A stretch of DNA of 64,000 nt from Eledone cirrhosa (lineage: Eukaryota). A program made the translations under genes and the position numbers. Below, one piece after another: positions 12,957 to 27,734 of the stretch (its first letter is position 1; every line of letters starts with the position of its first letter). Where the stretch lies: contig OZ024740.1 in NCBI GenBank assembly GCA_964016885.1, positions 199,826,001 through 199,890,000 on the forward strand, in the 5' to 3' direction. The notes beneath the pieces were generated by a model, which had not been told where the DNA came from, did no database searches, and worked only from the letters and a program-made list of their open reading frames with translations.

Positions 12957-13550
12957 GTGTATATATATATATATATTTTTATATATATATATGCGTGTGT
13001 GTGTGTGTGTGTATTTGCCTGCGTGTGTTTGAGTGTGTGTGTGCGCGTGTGTGTGCGTGGGTGTGTGCGTGTGTGTGAGTGAGTGTGTGTTATAGACCGG
13101 TAGATTTCAAAATGCCGGGAAATAGGTTTGAGATATATAACGGGCATATCCAATATATTATATATCTGTATATTTTTTCTCGTTGAGAATAATAGCTTAT
13201 TTGATTCAGAAATTGGCCACACTCTTTCCCATAGCATATACGGTGACCTCATTCTGTTGGCTGCGGCATCTTTCAAGATGTGTTTTAATAGATTGGAAAT
13301 GCACGAAGCTAATTGGCTACATTTTGGCTAGCGCATGCGTTTTTGAGACTTATTGGCTAGTTAAAGAAGAACACATCGATCGTTGTGTTTCTTTTGTCCA
13401 GTTTCATTTTCTCATTTAAAAAGAGGATATTAACCCTGTAATATAATGGTGCACTATACTGAGTAAAGTAAAGGTTTTTGCAAACTTATCGGTCTTTTAT
13501 TACATTTATAACTATGCTTCGTATTAAGTATATATATATATATAATACAT

Positions 13551-13636
<86 letters not shown>

Positions 13637-14999
13637 AATATATAAATATGTGTGTGTGTATGTGTGTGTCTTGTGTGTGTGTGTATCAGTGTCAGTGCGT
13701 ATCTGTGTGGCTGTTTATATCGCCTGAAGGAAGACTCGAGGATTAATTTCTTCAGCTCATGATCGTAATTTTGAACCCCTGCGATACGTAGTATCATTGA
13801 TACTGATAAATAAGGTACCCTAAATGTAATTTAAAGGAAATGACAAGTCTGCTTTAGTGTACCACGCTAAATCTCTCTGAGTAATCCTTGAAGTTTACAC
13901 GTGGAATGTGGAATTCACAGCAATTTGCACATTAATCTAACGAGCAGGCTGTACTGTTGAGGAAACAAGTGAAACATTCTCGTAGGAGCTGACGGAAGAC
14001 CAACACTTATATATTGCACAGCTCCTACCAAACAATCCTCGGGAAATGCAAGCATAGTGTGATGGCGGTTTTTATTAAAAAGAAAGATTTCCGGAGAAGA
14101 AAGCTAGATTGTCTAAAGAGAATGAAAGTATCTCGTGTGTATTTCGACATTATTAAAGATTTAATATAAAATCAGTGTAATCACCAAGAGGGTTAATATA
14201 AAACGGTTTACATTCTAGAGTTCTAGAATACATCACTAACTTACTGTTCTGGAAGCATTACACTGCTCAAACACACGTTCACACACGCGAGCACACATAC
14301 AGAAACAAACACATGAACATACACACTAATACATCTAAAAACACACGTGCAGAGAGACACACTTTCACACAGACGCACTCTCACACACAGATCCATTCAC
14401 ATACACAGACGCCTACACACACGCACGCTTTCCCACACAGTTACACTCACAAAGACACAATCACACGCTTGACCAATTACACACAGGCAAACACACACGC
14501 AAACACACACGCACCTCCGAGATACACTGATATACTCATGTAGTCAGGCAGCTGTAGACTTAGGAATAGAAGATGGATCGTCGTTTCTTAGCGGGGGTGT
14601 ATATAGGTTACATAGATACGTGTGAGGTTTCATAAATTAATTAATGTCCATTCCGTCGACTTCAGTGATGCATATTTCGAAAGCGAAAACGTCTGATACC
14701 ATATGCGTCGCAGCCAGATCATGAGACGCGACGTATAAGCCCTCTGAAGAGGTTTTACATCAACTCAATTTTCCCTACAGATGTTGGGTTGGCAGCAAAG
14801 AAATTAATGCCAATCCGTGGGACCGAACCAAGAGGCCCTGATTGTTAAGACAATTTCTTAACAACTTAACACAGTGTTTAGCTGCTGTTAGTTGTATTAA
14901 AATTAAGTCAGCTTGTTTAGGTAATTTAACTGTAAAACAAGTTTTCCTGATTTCGAGCATGTGCGTTGCTGTTATTCGATCAACGCAAAAATTTACTCA

Positions 15000-16020
15000 T
15001 GAAATTAACGAGTATGTGGGTTAACATTCTACAGGCATAAATAATATTAGCGTAATCCTCCCGCAGTTCCAGCCCGACACACGATTGGTTCATTGAATTA
15101 TATGAATAGTCATTGAAACGGACATCCAAGCCCAATTTCACAATACCCTTCACAAGACAACGGTCTCACTAAGCTAGGGTAAATAAGAGCTGTCCAAGAT
15201 GTTTCGCAGAAACTGTCACTTCTCTTTGGGGAGGTAAACCCACAATAAACTCTCTTAGATAGGTCACAAATACTGCTCTATCTTTAACAGATACAGAGTG
15301 AAACAAGGATACTCCTTTGCTAAGTATATGAAAGCCCATAACGCCATCAGCCCTAATAGCAGCACCCCACCAGGATGCTATTGCCGAAAGGAACAATGCA
15401 ACACACCCGCTATAATTTACGAGAGTGCGGTCGCTTCTATCCGACCAAATCAACGAGAATATTTTAAATCTTATGTAGGTGTGGCAGAGGGCCGGTTTAT
15501 GGAAGGCTTCCTGAATCATCAGTCGACCTTCAGATACCCGGACAAACGATCGTCCAGGAAGCTCGCGAGCCACGCATGGTCTCTCAAGAAAAGAAGCGTA
15601 GATTATTCCCCCCATACGCAAAGGGGAATCCTTCTTGTGGCTGTTCATGGACGAAAGGATCAATATCATGAGCAGCTTATGTAATAGCGCTTGCCTAAAT
15701 TCAAGGAATGACCCTTTTTCACGCTGTCCACACGTCTGGAAACACCTATTACATAATTACAAAGATCCAGATTGACTAACATCAACAATCTATAATATAC
15801 GGCATAACATGAATAATTTATTCTCAGCGCCCACAGATATCTCCCTGATATCGATCTTTTGTGGATTTACCTCCCTATAGAAGAAGTGACTGTTTCTGCA
15901 CATGCGTATTCGTACAGTTGATTTTCCTTTTCCGTACAACTTCATTTGGACCAAGCTGATGATCTGAATCAGTTGAAACAATCGTACTCGATTTGGGGAA
16001 CTAACTATTGTGGAACAACT
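15000..16020 (+). mobile_element. Decayed PLE 3' part (GIY-YIG + pLTR)
   Basis: CYCRKE..IIYES..SYVGVAEGRF..NHQSTF; 15480-16020 is homologous in reverse to 51645-52150. The 5' limit is approximate. Confidence 0.82.
15952..15990 (+). ncRNA. Minimal hammerhead motif in a PLE pLTR (slightly decayed)
   Basis: CAAG-CTGATGA-tCTGaatCAGtt-GAAA-CAATCG-TA-CTCG. Confidence 0.7.
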
Positions 16021-16088
16021 GCTACTAAACTCGTCCCATGGACTGAGTGGTCCTTTACTACGGATATAATCCACCAGTGTTCTAGTAT

Positions 16089-16220
<132 letters not shown>

Positions 16221-17049
16221 TGTGTGTGTGTATAAATTATCTTCCAAAACAATCACTTTTCAATTTTCATTTACGTTTGACAAAAACAACGGCGATATAT
16301 ATATGATTCCATTTGGTATTACAAATACGAGAAAAATGTCCTGAATACGAAATTAGAGAATATTTTTCTATTCATTGCAGTAATTAGATTACTCTGTGTA
16401 TCTACTCTGAGTTTCTAGGATTGCCGTGACTACATAATCTGCCAATGTCAGAGTAGCAACAGGGAATAATCTCAGTAACATATATATAAGAATGTGTTAG
16501 TCAAATACGATCTTTTATTAATTATATAATCAATGATTCTTGTTCAACCTTTTAAAATAATGTATCTGTATCAAAATGTTTAACAATTACCGTAAATCTT
16601 TATGTATTCATGCATACATACATGCCCTAAAATTAAGATTGTATTCATGGAGATAAAAGAATGGGTTGGAGGCGGTAGGTTCGACTTCAGTGAGAAAATA
16701 CTATATCTCGCAAGAATGAGAGGCAAATATTATCTGGTTGGGCTTTTAACTGAGAGATGGAATTCAAGCAGCAAATATTCTATCCCACCTTCTCGCGATT
16801 ATGCCAACTTATCACCCTATATCCAATTAGAGTCAATCTAGTTATCTTCCAGTTACTTATAACATGCACTTTGATCTTCCCGGAATTTTTTTATATAATT
16901 GGATCTTTTCGCTTTCTTTAATGTTTCTCGACCCCCACTATAGCTAGTGAGAAATGGAAATGAAACATCAAATGTAAAGCCCATACCTATGCAGGATTAG
17001 CAAACCTCCTACGAGGTTGAATTTGAAAGTAAGTTTCTGGGTGTCATAA

Positions 17050-17270
17050 TAATGGTTTCTGATTTAGGCACAAGGCCATCAATTTTGGGAGAAGGGGAAA
17101 GTCGGTTAAATCTATCCCATTGTGTTATTGGTACTTTATTTTATCGACGCCATAAGGATGAAAAGCAAAGCTTAACTCGGTGGGATTTGAACTCAGTACG
17201 TAAAGAAACGTAACTCGATGTTGCGATACAGGGTGTCCGACGCTCCACCGATACTGTTAATACACTGCCC
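17050..17270 (-). mobile_element. tRNA-derived SINE (older copy)
   Basis: Same core (GGTACTTTATTTTATCGAC..GGATGAAA..GGATTTGAACTC) as 11727-11903. Confidence 0.75.
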
Positions 17271-17539
17271 TTTATGGTGTCATAATACAGCGAAAAACGA
17301 AGAGTATTGATCAAGAACATAACGGAGCCGCCGATCTAGTAATCAAATTCCTGACTGTATGATTGTGATTCCAACACCCTCAGTACTAACGTGCCTTCAC
17401 AACTGAGAGAAGATGCACATATAACTAATGGCCCTGATGTCATGTATTTATTATTTCTAGTTGCTCTCTGAAAGACTGGACTCAGAATAATTGTAATCCT
17501 TTTACAGATCTCTGTAAACTGCAACAGTTTGACGATATC

Positions 17540-17700
17540 GTAGCACTGACGAAATAATATTCCATGTTCCACTTCATCGAAAGCCTTCACAAAATCGAGA
17601 TACACCACAAGCATAAGTCAATGTTCAAGCAACGATTTCAATATCCTGTCGTAATCGTGGAAATATGTGAGACGGCTTTTAATCGGACCTGAAACGTGGA
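17540..17700 (-). pseudogene. Decayed LINE RT fragment (CR1/L2/Jockey-like)
   Basis: VVYLDFVKAFDEVEHGIL motif. Confidence 0.6.
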
Positions 17701-19044
17701 GTGTTCTCAATTATGAAGTTCTATTTCTATTTGATGATTCTTTCTGAGACTTTTGATTTACAAACGCAGAGAGAGGCGCATAATTCTTAGTAACCGCTCA
17801 AACCCTAACCCTTTTTTTGACAAGTCATAATGTGCTTTCTGTAAGGATTAAAAAAATATTCTGAAATGAATTTTGATAAAGACTGTTTCGAATTTCAATA
17901 AGATGGGATGTATGAACGATGTAGCATTAGTTAAAGTATAACACACTTGCTTCGGAAAAGAACTGGACATGAGTCATATTAAAAGTATATACGGCTACAC
18001 GTTTTAATGAAGCTATCTTTATCGACATTTTGAACATATTGTGACGGAATATGCATTCACAAACATATAGAGCAAGATATTTTCATATATATGTTAGTAA
18101 TGCATTTTTATACAAACTATATACATATACAAATAATGCTTGTAAATAGAGAGAGAATCCTTTATTTGATTCATGTATAATTCAATATTAAAGCTGGAAT
18201 TGTGGAGCCTTTACTTGTTTTAATACTGGCCAGCTCTATATGCAGCAAAGACGTTCCTACTGTGACCACTCATTCATTTTTTTCAGGTAGGTTGCATTAC
18301 AGTATACCATGTAATCAGTATTTCCTTTTCCTATAGAAGATAGAATGATTTATATTTCTATGAGATGACAATATTTACAAATTTGTTTGCAATATTTCAA
18401 AATACGAATAATTTAGTGTTTCTATTAATGTAGCTGAGATGTCGGAAATTCTTTGATTTAAAAAAAAATGTGTATTTATTAACTTTTTTTCTTTTCATAT
18501 ATATCCATTTATATTTAACCAATCATATTTCAGAATATTTGCATTGTATATTCAGCTTTGATATAATCTGTCCTAACATCAAATGTAATCTAATTCTCTA
18601 TATTGTATTTTCGATCAAATTGCAAATTACATCGTCAAAGTGAGGATTATGTAATTACATTTAAAGATATTCGAAACGATAATTCTATTTTTATATCCAT
18701 GACAACACTTGCATGAATAATGTCAATGGATGCGATGTTTCACTATCAATAAATGTGTGATGAAATCCTTAATATGATAATTGCAAATTTCAAAATACCA
18801 CCTATATTCTAAAGCCCATAGAAGCTGTTACGCTATGATGTTAGAGAATAGGTTTCATTATATAAAAGAATATTTATTAAATATATTATATATATTTATG
18901 TGCATTACATACATTTACAAAGTGGCAAAATGCCCGAGACACTAGTGTATCGGATTAAATATCTCTGTATTTCTTTCAGATACTGCGGTGTAAGTTCAAA
19001 TCCAGGGTGATCAACATTGTCTTTAAAGGTCAATATATAGAGCC

Positions 19045-19200
19045 ACAGCGAATTAGCAGAACCGTTAGAACGTCAGATAGAAAGCTTTATGGATATTCGT
19101 TCCAGCTCTCTGCTCTCTGAGATCAATTACCGCCGAGGTTAACTTTTCCTTTTATCCATTTGAGGTGGATAAAAAGAAGTACCAGTTTAGTACTGGGTCG
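19045..19200 (+). mobile_element. tRNA-derived SINE (decayed)
   Basis: CCGCCGAGGTTAACTTTTCCTTTTATCC..GATAAAAAGAAGTACCAG core. Confidence 0.7.
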
Positions 19201-20210
19201 ATTCTTCCTCTATATCTCTTTCACATTTCCTCTTTCTCTCACTTTCTATCTTTCATGGAAGAAGTCTGCTGTACTCAGGCCTGGAGAGGGATGGGATCCA
19301 CCAGGCTTTAATGCCCCCAAAACCCGTATGTCAATGCGGCACCTCTACGAATCTATCAGGAGTTATGGGACCATACATACCGTACATACATTTAAACTTA
19401 TAGACTAGTATGACGGTCGACTTTTTCTCTAAATGTTTTCTGTCGCTTCTCCTGGAAGAACCTGGTTGCATGGAGAGTTGGTGAAAATTGGAGTTCGTCT
19501 ACTTTGAATCCCGAAGAAAGGCGTTTATTAGTTCACCACCCATACGGCTCCAAAAAGGCTGTTAACGACTGTAGATAGATGGAATAGTACACATATATAT
19601 CTTCTCCGAGCTATTTTGATGTCAGGTTTTAGCGTAACAACTATGGCATTTCTCCATTTCTCACACTCCGAACGTAATTTTAAAGTTGTAATGTTGGAAT
19701 ATATATAGATATATTTATGTATTGTTTACTTATTTATGTCAGCTTGCCATCGAGTTCTACTTGAACATGCAACTCAGTACAAACTGTTACATACGTGTTA
19801 TGCTTTTACCAATATGACAACGTTCAAAACCCGTTAAAAAGATTCATATGCACTGTACGTTCCTTCCTGACTAAAATAGTAATATGTTGTGCTAAACACA
19901 CACACACATACACACACACACACACATGCACACACACACACATACACAGACGCGCATATATATATATATGGTTAAACTTGAATCTATTATTTTAATAAAT
20001 ATATATATTCTTTTAATTTGCTGGGCTTGTTTCAGTCAGCCATGAAAGGAGACGACTTGACTTAGTCGATCATACTGACTCCGATACATAGTCTTTAAAA
20101 TCTAGTATTTATTTTATTGATGTAATATTGTTGAGCTTCCACGTAGTGTGATATCTATAAGTTGAAACATTTGTTCCGGTATGGTGAACTAACTGTTGTG
20201 GAACTACTTA

Positions 20211-20283
<73 letters not shown>

Positions 20284-20291
20284 CTCTATCT

Positions 20292-23200
20292 GAAGGAGGT
20301 GTAACAGCCTCAAACAGTTAATCGGACGATTTCAACTAGCCGATAGATATCGACTAGATTTTCCAACTGTGCCACTGTGAACGTGGACCAACCACAGCGG
20401 AACATCTAGATCGTACCTAGATAGGTTTCTAGTTAGAGTTAATGATAGGGACATGTTAAGTTGTCCACAAATGTTCAAGGTTGCCTATTCAGTTCACAAA
20501 CTAGTGACCTGCTTACTCAACCTTGATAGAACCCATAGACAGGAACTCGGCTACTGGAAGCTGAACTTGTCGTTACAGACATGCAAAGCCTACAGTAGAC
20601 GGATTAGCACTTTAGTTAAGCAGCACTTCACGGGGACCTTTGTCAACAACAGATGGTGGTACTCTCTCAAGAAGGCAGTCATATTAGACTCGATAGGTTT
20701 TAGTAAAGAATTAGTGTTAGATAGAAATAAGACAGAAAACGAACTGGTAGATAAAGTAGAAGAGGCACTTAGGAGTGGCAACGTAGCCAGCGTGCTAGTG
20801 ACGAGAACGGCCTTGGACCAGTTCGTCGACGCAAAGCACGAAGGCTGCGTTGTCAGGAGCAAAATACATGCTCTGGGAAACGAAGGAGCCAAAGCTGTTA
20901 GATGGGCCCTAGTGACAGAGGTGAAAAGTGGCAACAATTTCACGATTCGGTCTTTGAAGGACCAAGACGGACGCGTGATACGTGCATATGTGCGCGGCCT
21001 TACAGCGGCACTTTGTTCAACTGTTCGGGCAGGGCGATGCGTCGGGAGGGGCTATGGATTTCAGTCCATACCTCGACAGTGCTGCCGCGACTCTCGGCCA
21101 GCGAGGCGAAGTTGTGCGAAACGCCGATTTCGGCCACTGAGATAGGGGATGCGCTGAGCCAATGCGGCAAACGCAAATGTCCAGGTCTCGACGGTCTACC
21201 CTACGAATTTTACGTAGGAATGCCAGACTTGTTCTCTGGTCCCCTGGAAGCGGTCTACTGTAACTGGCAGCAGGACGGGAGAATTCCCAGTTCTGTGACC
21301 AAGGGCGTAGTCACGTTAGTCAGGAAGGACGAGAATAAGGGGGATGACATAGGCAACCTCCGGCCCATAACTCTGCTAAACACAGAGTTACAGATGTTGG
21401 CCAAGGTGTTGGCAAAGAGGCTGGCGCTTGTCGTTGAAAACCTGGTGGGAGAATCACATACATGCGCAATCCCGACCAGGTCCATACACGACAACCTCCA
21501 CCTCATGCGATACATCATAGAGAGGGTAGCTGTAAACCCGGCTTCGGTGGGGCCCTGATCAACTTGGATCAGTCTAAGACTTTCGATAGGGTTGACCATC
21601 GTTACCTGGATGCGCTGCTCGAAGCGGCAGGCTTCGGACCCGTGTTCAGGAGTTGGATTGCTGCAATGCACAGCAGCAACATCTGCTCAAGAGTCAAGGT
21701 GAACGGCTACCTATTGGAGCCGTACCATATCACGCGATCCATCCGACAGAGATGCCCTCTCTCCTCCCTTCTGTACGTACTGACTCTCGAGCCACTACTG
21801 CGGAAGTTGGAGATATTAGAGGGCATACATTTGGAATCGGGACTGCGAAAAGCGGCGTCGGCCTACGCTGACGAAGACACAGTAATGGTGCCGAACACCT
21901 CGCAGATCGGGGAGGTCGGCGCCTTACTGGAGGAATACGAAAGGTCACAGGAGCGAAGCTGAAACGGGACAAATCCGTCGGTTTGCAACTCGGAACGTGG
22001 CGAGGCAAGCCGGATGGCGTCGTCGGACGCTGGACGGAAGGACCGGTAAAGCTGCTCGGGGTCTGGTTTGGTCCGGACCTCCAGGTGGAGAAGAACTGGA
22101 ACGAGGGGAGGGCCAAGGTGTTTGCGCTCACACAGAAGTGGGCCGAGTGCAAACTATCCTTGAAAAGTCGAGCGGAGGTGGCGAACACATTTATAGCGTC
22201 TGTCATCTACTACCACTTGACCGTCGTGCCTTGTCCAGCCAAAACGCTCACCAAAAAGGAGCGCGCGCTCTTCCAATTCCTTTGGAAGAAACCAGGTCCT
22301 TTGGTGAGAAGATCCATCTGCTGCCAACACCCTTCAAACAGAGGGCTGGGGAAGCCGTGGCTGACGATGCGCAAACACGTGCTCAGTCTGCGGCACCTAC
22401 ACGCATTCCTCACCGGACAACCGCTGTGGGCCCCGTTCGTGAGGGGAGCCTTTCGACGACTCGTCTCGCTAACCGAACTGCAGTCCTGGGTCAAGCAAAG
22501 ACCGAGGAAAATGGGCGACTGGCACATCGAATGTGCTCAGGCGCTCAGAGTCCTCTGGCAAACGGACCCGGCGATCAGTAGAGACTCCACTTCGTCATTC
22601 TATAGAGGGTTGGTCCGCAGCATGTGCAACGACGCGCTCGGAGAAACTCTGGGCGTAGACGAACTGGCAGTGCTACCGAGGAGCCCTACCAGTTCGAGAC
22701 AAGCTCTACAGACACGGTCCCCCGGGCAGCGACCCTTCGAAAAAGATCTGTCCGAGATGCGTGCGCAACGAGGAAACCGTCGCGCACGCATTTGTACACT
22801 GCCCTGGTGTCACCGACCTGTGGGGATATGTAGAACGACTATTGTCGCGGGCGAGACAACTCCAGTTGACCACCGAGTCCATTGTCATGATCAAACCGCC
22901 ACCCTCCGTCAAAAACGAAAGAGAGGCGGTTTTCCTATGTGTTATGGCTATGGTGAAAGAGGTTATATGTTGGACGAGGTTAAAAGGGCTGAGGTCAGAC
23001 ACCTTTCTCTCCGGCGAACAACTGATTCGTTTCTTCAAATATCATTTTAGAAGAAGAATCAGGATGGGGAGAGAGGTGCTATACCCCAGCAAACTTTATG
23101 AAAGGTGGGTGAATGTGGCAAAGATGGCCCAAGTCTTTGGGCCTTCTCTCTATATAAGCCTGTGGGTTGAGGAAAAAGAGGAAGAGAGGAAGGGAGTACT

Positions 23201-23400
23201 CACTCTTGGGGCTCCTGAAGATGAGGGTTGTACATTTTTTTCGGGGTGTGTACAACCCCTGTGTAACGCCTCCCCCCTATTGGGGATTTCAATTGTTATT
23301 TATTATTTTATTAATAGTTTTATTTTCATATACCTGTATGTAAACTCCCCATTTGTATTTGTCCCCTTCTGTTGTGCCCTTGGGTTAATAAAAACATTTT
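20292..23400 (+). mobile_element. Tx1-clade LINE ORF2 (APE end, RT, CCHC knuckle), 5'-truncated, inserted in (TATC)n
   Basis: GC-rich island with LDRFLV..GYWKLN, PGLDGLPYEFY, RPITLLNTE, RSIHDNL, LDQSKTFDRVDH, RQRCPLSSLLY, AYADE and CPRC..EETVAHAFVHC. AATAAA lies near 23387, and (TATC)n flanks both sides. Confidence 0.92.
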
Positions 23401-23428
23401 CAATCTATCTATCTATCTACCTATCTCA

Positions 23429-23480
<52 letters not shown>

Positions 23481-23978
23481 TTATTTATGTGTGTGTGTGT
23501 GTTTGTGTGTATGTGTGTGTGTATGTGTGTACATGCGTAGACACAGATACGTGCAAACGCACATATGCTTTGTATTGAAAACGCGGTTGACTTAGAAATA
23601 AATGAGAAAATTTGATATTTGAAATGTGTGCGTCCTATTTCATATTATCTTGATAGAAATCGATCAATATTAATAACATTTGAGTAAACCTGGTAAACAG
23701 AAAACCCTGGAAACAGAAAAAAGTAGGCATTCGCAGGCCTCTCCTTCTACTTTTCCCGTCTCTTGTGCTACCTTTCCCGATTCATTCAACAATGGTTCAT
23801 AATGATTGGTTATTATTTGACGCATTTCAAATTGCCTATATAAACGCAATGGCTTCTGCAGTTCTCCTTAACCAATATGTAATGTTGTACTGCTAAGGCA
23901 TCGGTCAACCCGTAGAAGATACTTGCCCAGTGTGCTGCACAACGGTACTAGTCCAAGAACAACACCGTTGCATATATA

Positions 23979-24009
<31 letters not shown>

Positions 24010-24028
24010 CCACAGGTATAGTGGTAGT

Positions 24029-24165
<137 letters not shown>

Positions 24166-24876
24166 TATATGATTACCACCACTAGGCTTGTGGCTATCAC
24201 GTTAATGAGAGAAACATGAGCATTCTATTTTAGGGCTTATTCAAATAAATATTTTCCACTAACATTTATTGAGTAGACATACAAACCTGGCCACTCTTTC
24301 TTTTGTAATAAGAAAAACCAAATATATTTGGATGAATATGTGTGTGTGTGATTGTGTGTATGTGCGTGCGTGTGATGTTAGTGGGAAGTTCTCGCAAATT
24401 GAACTCTAAGCGATTGATATTTGCTAGTGAATACGGCATGTCTTTACAAGAAAAAACAATTCTCACTAGCTGAATTCAGTCGAAGACAACAATAAGAATT
24501 AGGAAGAATCAAAGAAGAGACCAAATAAATATTACATAACGAAGAATCGCAATGTTTGTACGCATGTTTGTTTTATATACCACGGAGAACCGAAACAGTG
24601 ATTCTAATCCACCGTGTAAAGGGATTAAGAAATTTATCATGCGATATTTCTGAGAAGGATTAACATTCTGTTATGCTTCGCTTCTATTTACTAAGAACAA
24701 ATATTTTTAAAGAAAGAATACGAAAAAGAAAAAAAATGAGGAAATGAGAGGGAGAAAACGAAAAACTCCGGAAGATATTTCTGTGGTACGGAAAAAATAT
24801 TGGAAAAGTGACTCTAGTGTATGTGTAACGACCTGATCCATAGAACAAGTTCGATGTTTACTGTGTTTCGATGTTT

Positions 24877-24960
<84 letters not shown>

Positions 24961-25214
24961 CACACACACACGTATATATATACAGATGGAGATTAAATAA
25001 TGACTACTTACTTGTGTATACAGACTGATCTATGATCTCTCCCTAGCCATGATACATGTTACTTAAAAACAAAATTATGGAGAAAGAAAATAGTTGTAGG
25101 TGGGTCGATCGATCGATTTCGTACAAAAACAAACATGTGTGTCTGAATAGGCATATATACATATATATGAATATATTTATGCTTATGTAAACATATAATA
25201 TATGTGTACATATA

Positions 25215-25276
<62 letters not shown>

Positions 25277-25829
25277 GGATGTAGGATGTGCGGATATATA
25301 TCTGCGGTTATGTGTATTTAACTACTGAGCGGGTGTGAGAGAGGGAGTGCCACAGGTGAAATAGATAGTAAACATAGAAGGAGCAACCATATAATATATG
25401 AAAAAATGTAGGATTACAGACAAATATAGAGATAATATTCATGAGTGACTATATGAAGATAACCCACAAGGTCCGTAGAAAAATACTGTAAGGGAATTTT
25501 TACATTGTTACAGGCATACCTACTGTAACAGTCGCACTTTTCTTTGTTTGTATGTATATATGTGTATATGTATGAATGTATGGATGGATTGATTGATGTA
25601 TGTACGTATGTATGTTCTTCTGGTTTTACAATTTCACAAATGTTTGCCAATAGGGAGAGAGAGAGTCGGTTTCTAACAGACTCTCTCGTTGGAATTTCCA
25701 CAACATCAACTAGGTAGATATGTATGCATGTATGTGCAGGTATGGATGTTATTGTATGTGTGGATGCGTATGTTTTAAGTTATATGTGTGCATATGTATA
25801 TGCTTTGTATCTGTACATATGTACATGGA

Positions 25830-27615
25830 ATTATTAGATGCAGAATTTTGGGAATGTTTTACAAATTTTTACTCTTCCATTAATGGATTGTACTTGTAAT
25901 TTCCTAACTAGTTGTGTTCTTTCTGTTTCCGTGAAGGCCAGTTTGTCAAGATTTGTGTTGAGGCAGTTACTAACATACCCCAGTGCCACAATGATCACAG
26001 GCATAAATCTGAAGGTATAGTCAAGGTAGAATATCTGCATTTTCTCATTAGATCTGCATAGATATTATCCTTTTCGCTAATCTTTGATATTATATTGGCA
26101 TCTGCTGGGCAGCTAACTTCCCTACTGTGCTTGCCTTCTTTTCCCTGTCCCATTTCATTATATCTGGTCTGTTATGCCAGCATATTATTCGGCTTTTTTA
26201 TTGGAACATTCTACCCGTACTCTTTCATATTATGTATATGTATGTCTTCCACATTGCTGTAGCTTTTAATGTGTTTATTATCGGGGCTATCGTTTCTACA
26301 CATTGCATAGTACAGTGTTTTGGCCACATCATTCCGCGTAGGTAGATAGTAGTGTTATGACATCGTTGTACAGCAGCTTATGACATGTGTGACCATCTTC
26401 GATGTTAATTCTGCAGAGCCTGCACTTGTAACATCTAGGTGCTTTGCCTGCATTCCTATCTCTTTTTTGAGTCGGGTATGTTTTGTTGATTTCCTGTTCT
26501 TGGATTGCGAAAGCATATCCTTGAAAGTGGGAGCCAATATAGCGGTTATTGGTCCAAGATAGAATACTTTGCTTATTTATATTACTCTCACGCTGGAGCT
26601 TCCTGGCAACATATCCATGCATGATTTTTTGCTGAAAAGCATGGAGATTTTCATCCATGGATTCGCTGTGGCACTGCTGGGCAACTTTGCTGGGTCTGAG
26701 GTTTTGATTATCATGCAGGGAATATCATTCAAGGATTTCCTTCCCAACTATCACAATCTTATTTCTCTCATGTAGACAGACTTGTTCAATAGATGGGCTC
26801 CTACGTCTGGAGGTTTGTAAATGTTGTCGGAGGGATATGATACGACACTCAAATGTTGTCTGGACCGATGTTAGGCCTCTGCCTCACAGCTTACGTTTCA
26901 AGAAGAAGCGGTCTATGTCATTGTTGATGTAGAAGTTTCCGATATTGTTTAGAATTTTTCGAGTTTTAACCTCAATTGCTCGGATTTCGTCTATCGTCCA
27001 CTTGAGTATTCCGAACGTTGGTGTTAGGACAGGCACAACAAACACATTGTGAGCCACTCTTTTACTGTGCGCAGAGACTTTAGATGGTTACACGTTCCCT
27101 ATTACAAATACCATTATAGGATATAGTCTCATCTAACCCCAGGTGTCTGTAGCTGTCCTTGTCAGATATCGGTGAAACAGTTAGACCATTAATACAAATG
27201 TTGCTAGATTGTGTTGTAGTTTTTCCTTGCTTTACAATTATATCTGAACGTTTATCTTGACCACACTACATTCCTTTATCGTTTGAGAACGTTGTGACCA
27301 GGTCAAAATCTTTCTTGATCCCTTTTATGTTCTTCGTATAGAGTTTCGGGTCATCCAATAAGAAATTGTGGGTTAAATTCGTATTTCTGTCATCCTGTGA
27401 TCCACTGATATATCCTTCCTATTTCTTGCGCAAAAAGAACAAGATGTTTAATGAGAGGATAAATAGCAGCACAGAGGGACTGTCCCCTTGAAATCTACCC
27501 CTGTGATATTTTCTTTTATCAGTGGAGTTCTCCTGTTTTTTAACTTTAAGTGAATAGACCAAGAAGAAGACAGCTTCTCTATGGCATTGATAATAATGTC
27601 TGGGACTTTAGACTT
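25830..27615 (-). mobile_element. Decayed R4/Dong-like RLE LINE
   Basis: GYAFAIQEQEI, CRLC, RPDIMK, FRFMPVIIVALG; 3' end at about 25830. Confidence 0.78.
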
Positions 27616-27649
<34 letters not shown>

Positions 27650-27734
27650 TGTATGTATGTATGTATGTATGTATGTATGTATGTGTATGTATGTGTGTAT
27701 GTATGCATGTATGTATGTATGTATGCATTTATGT

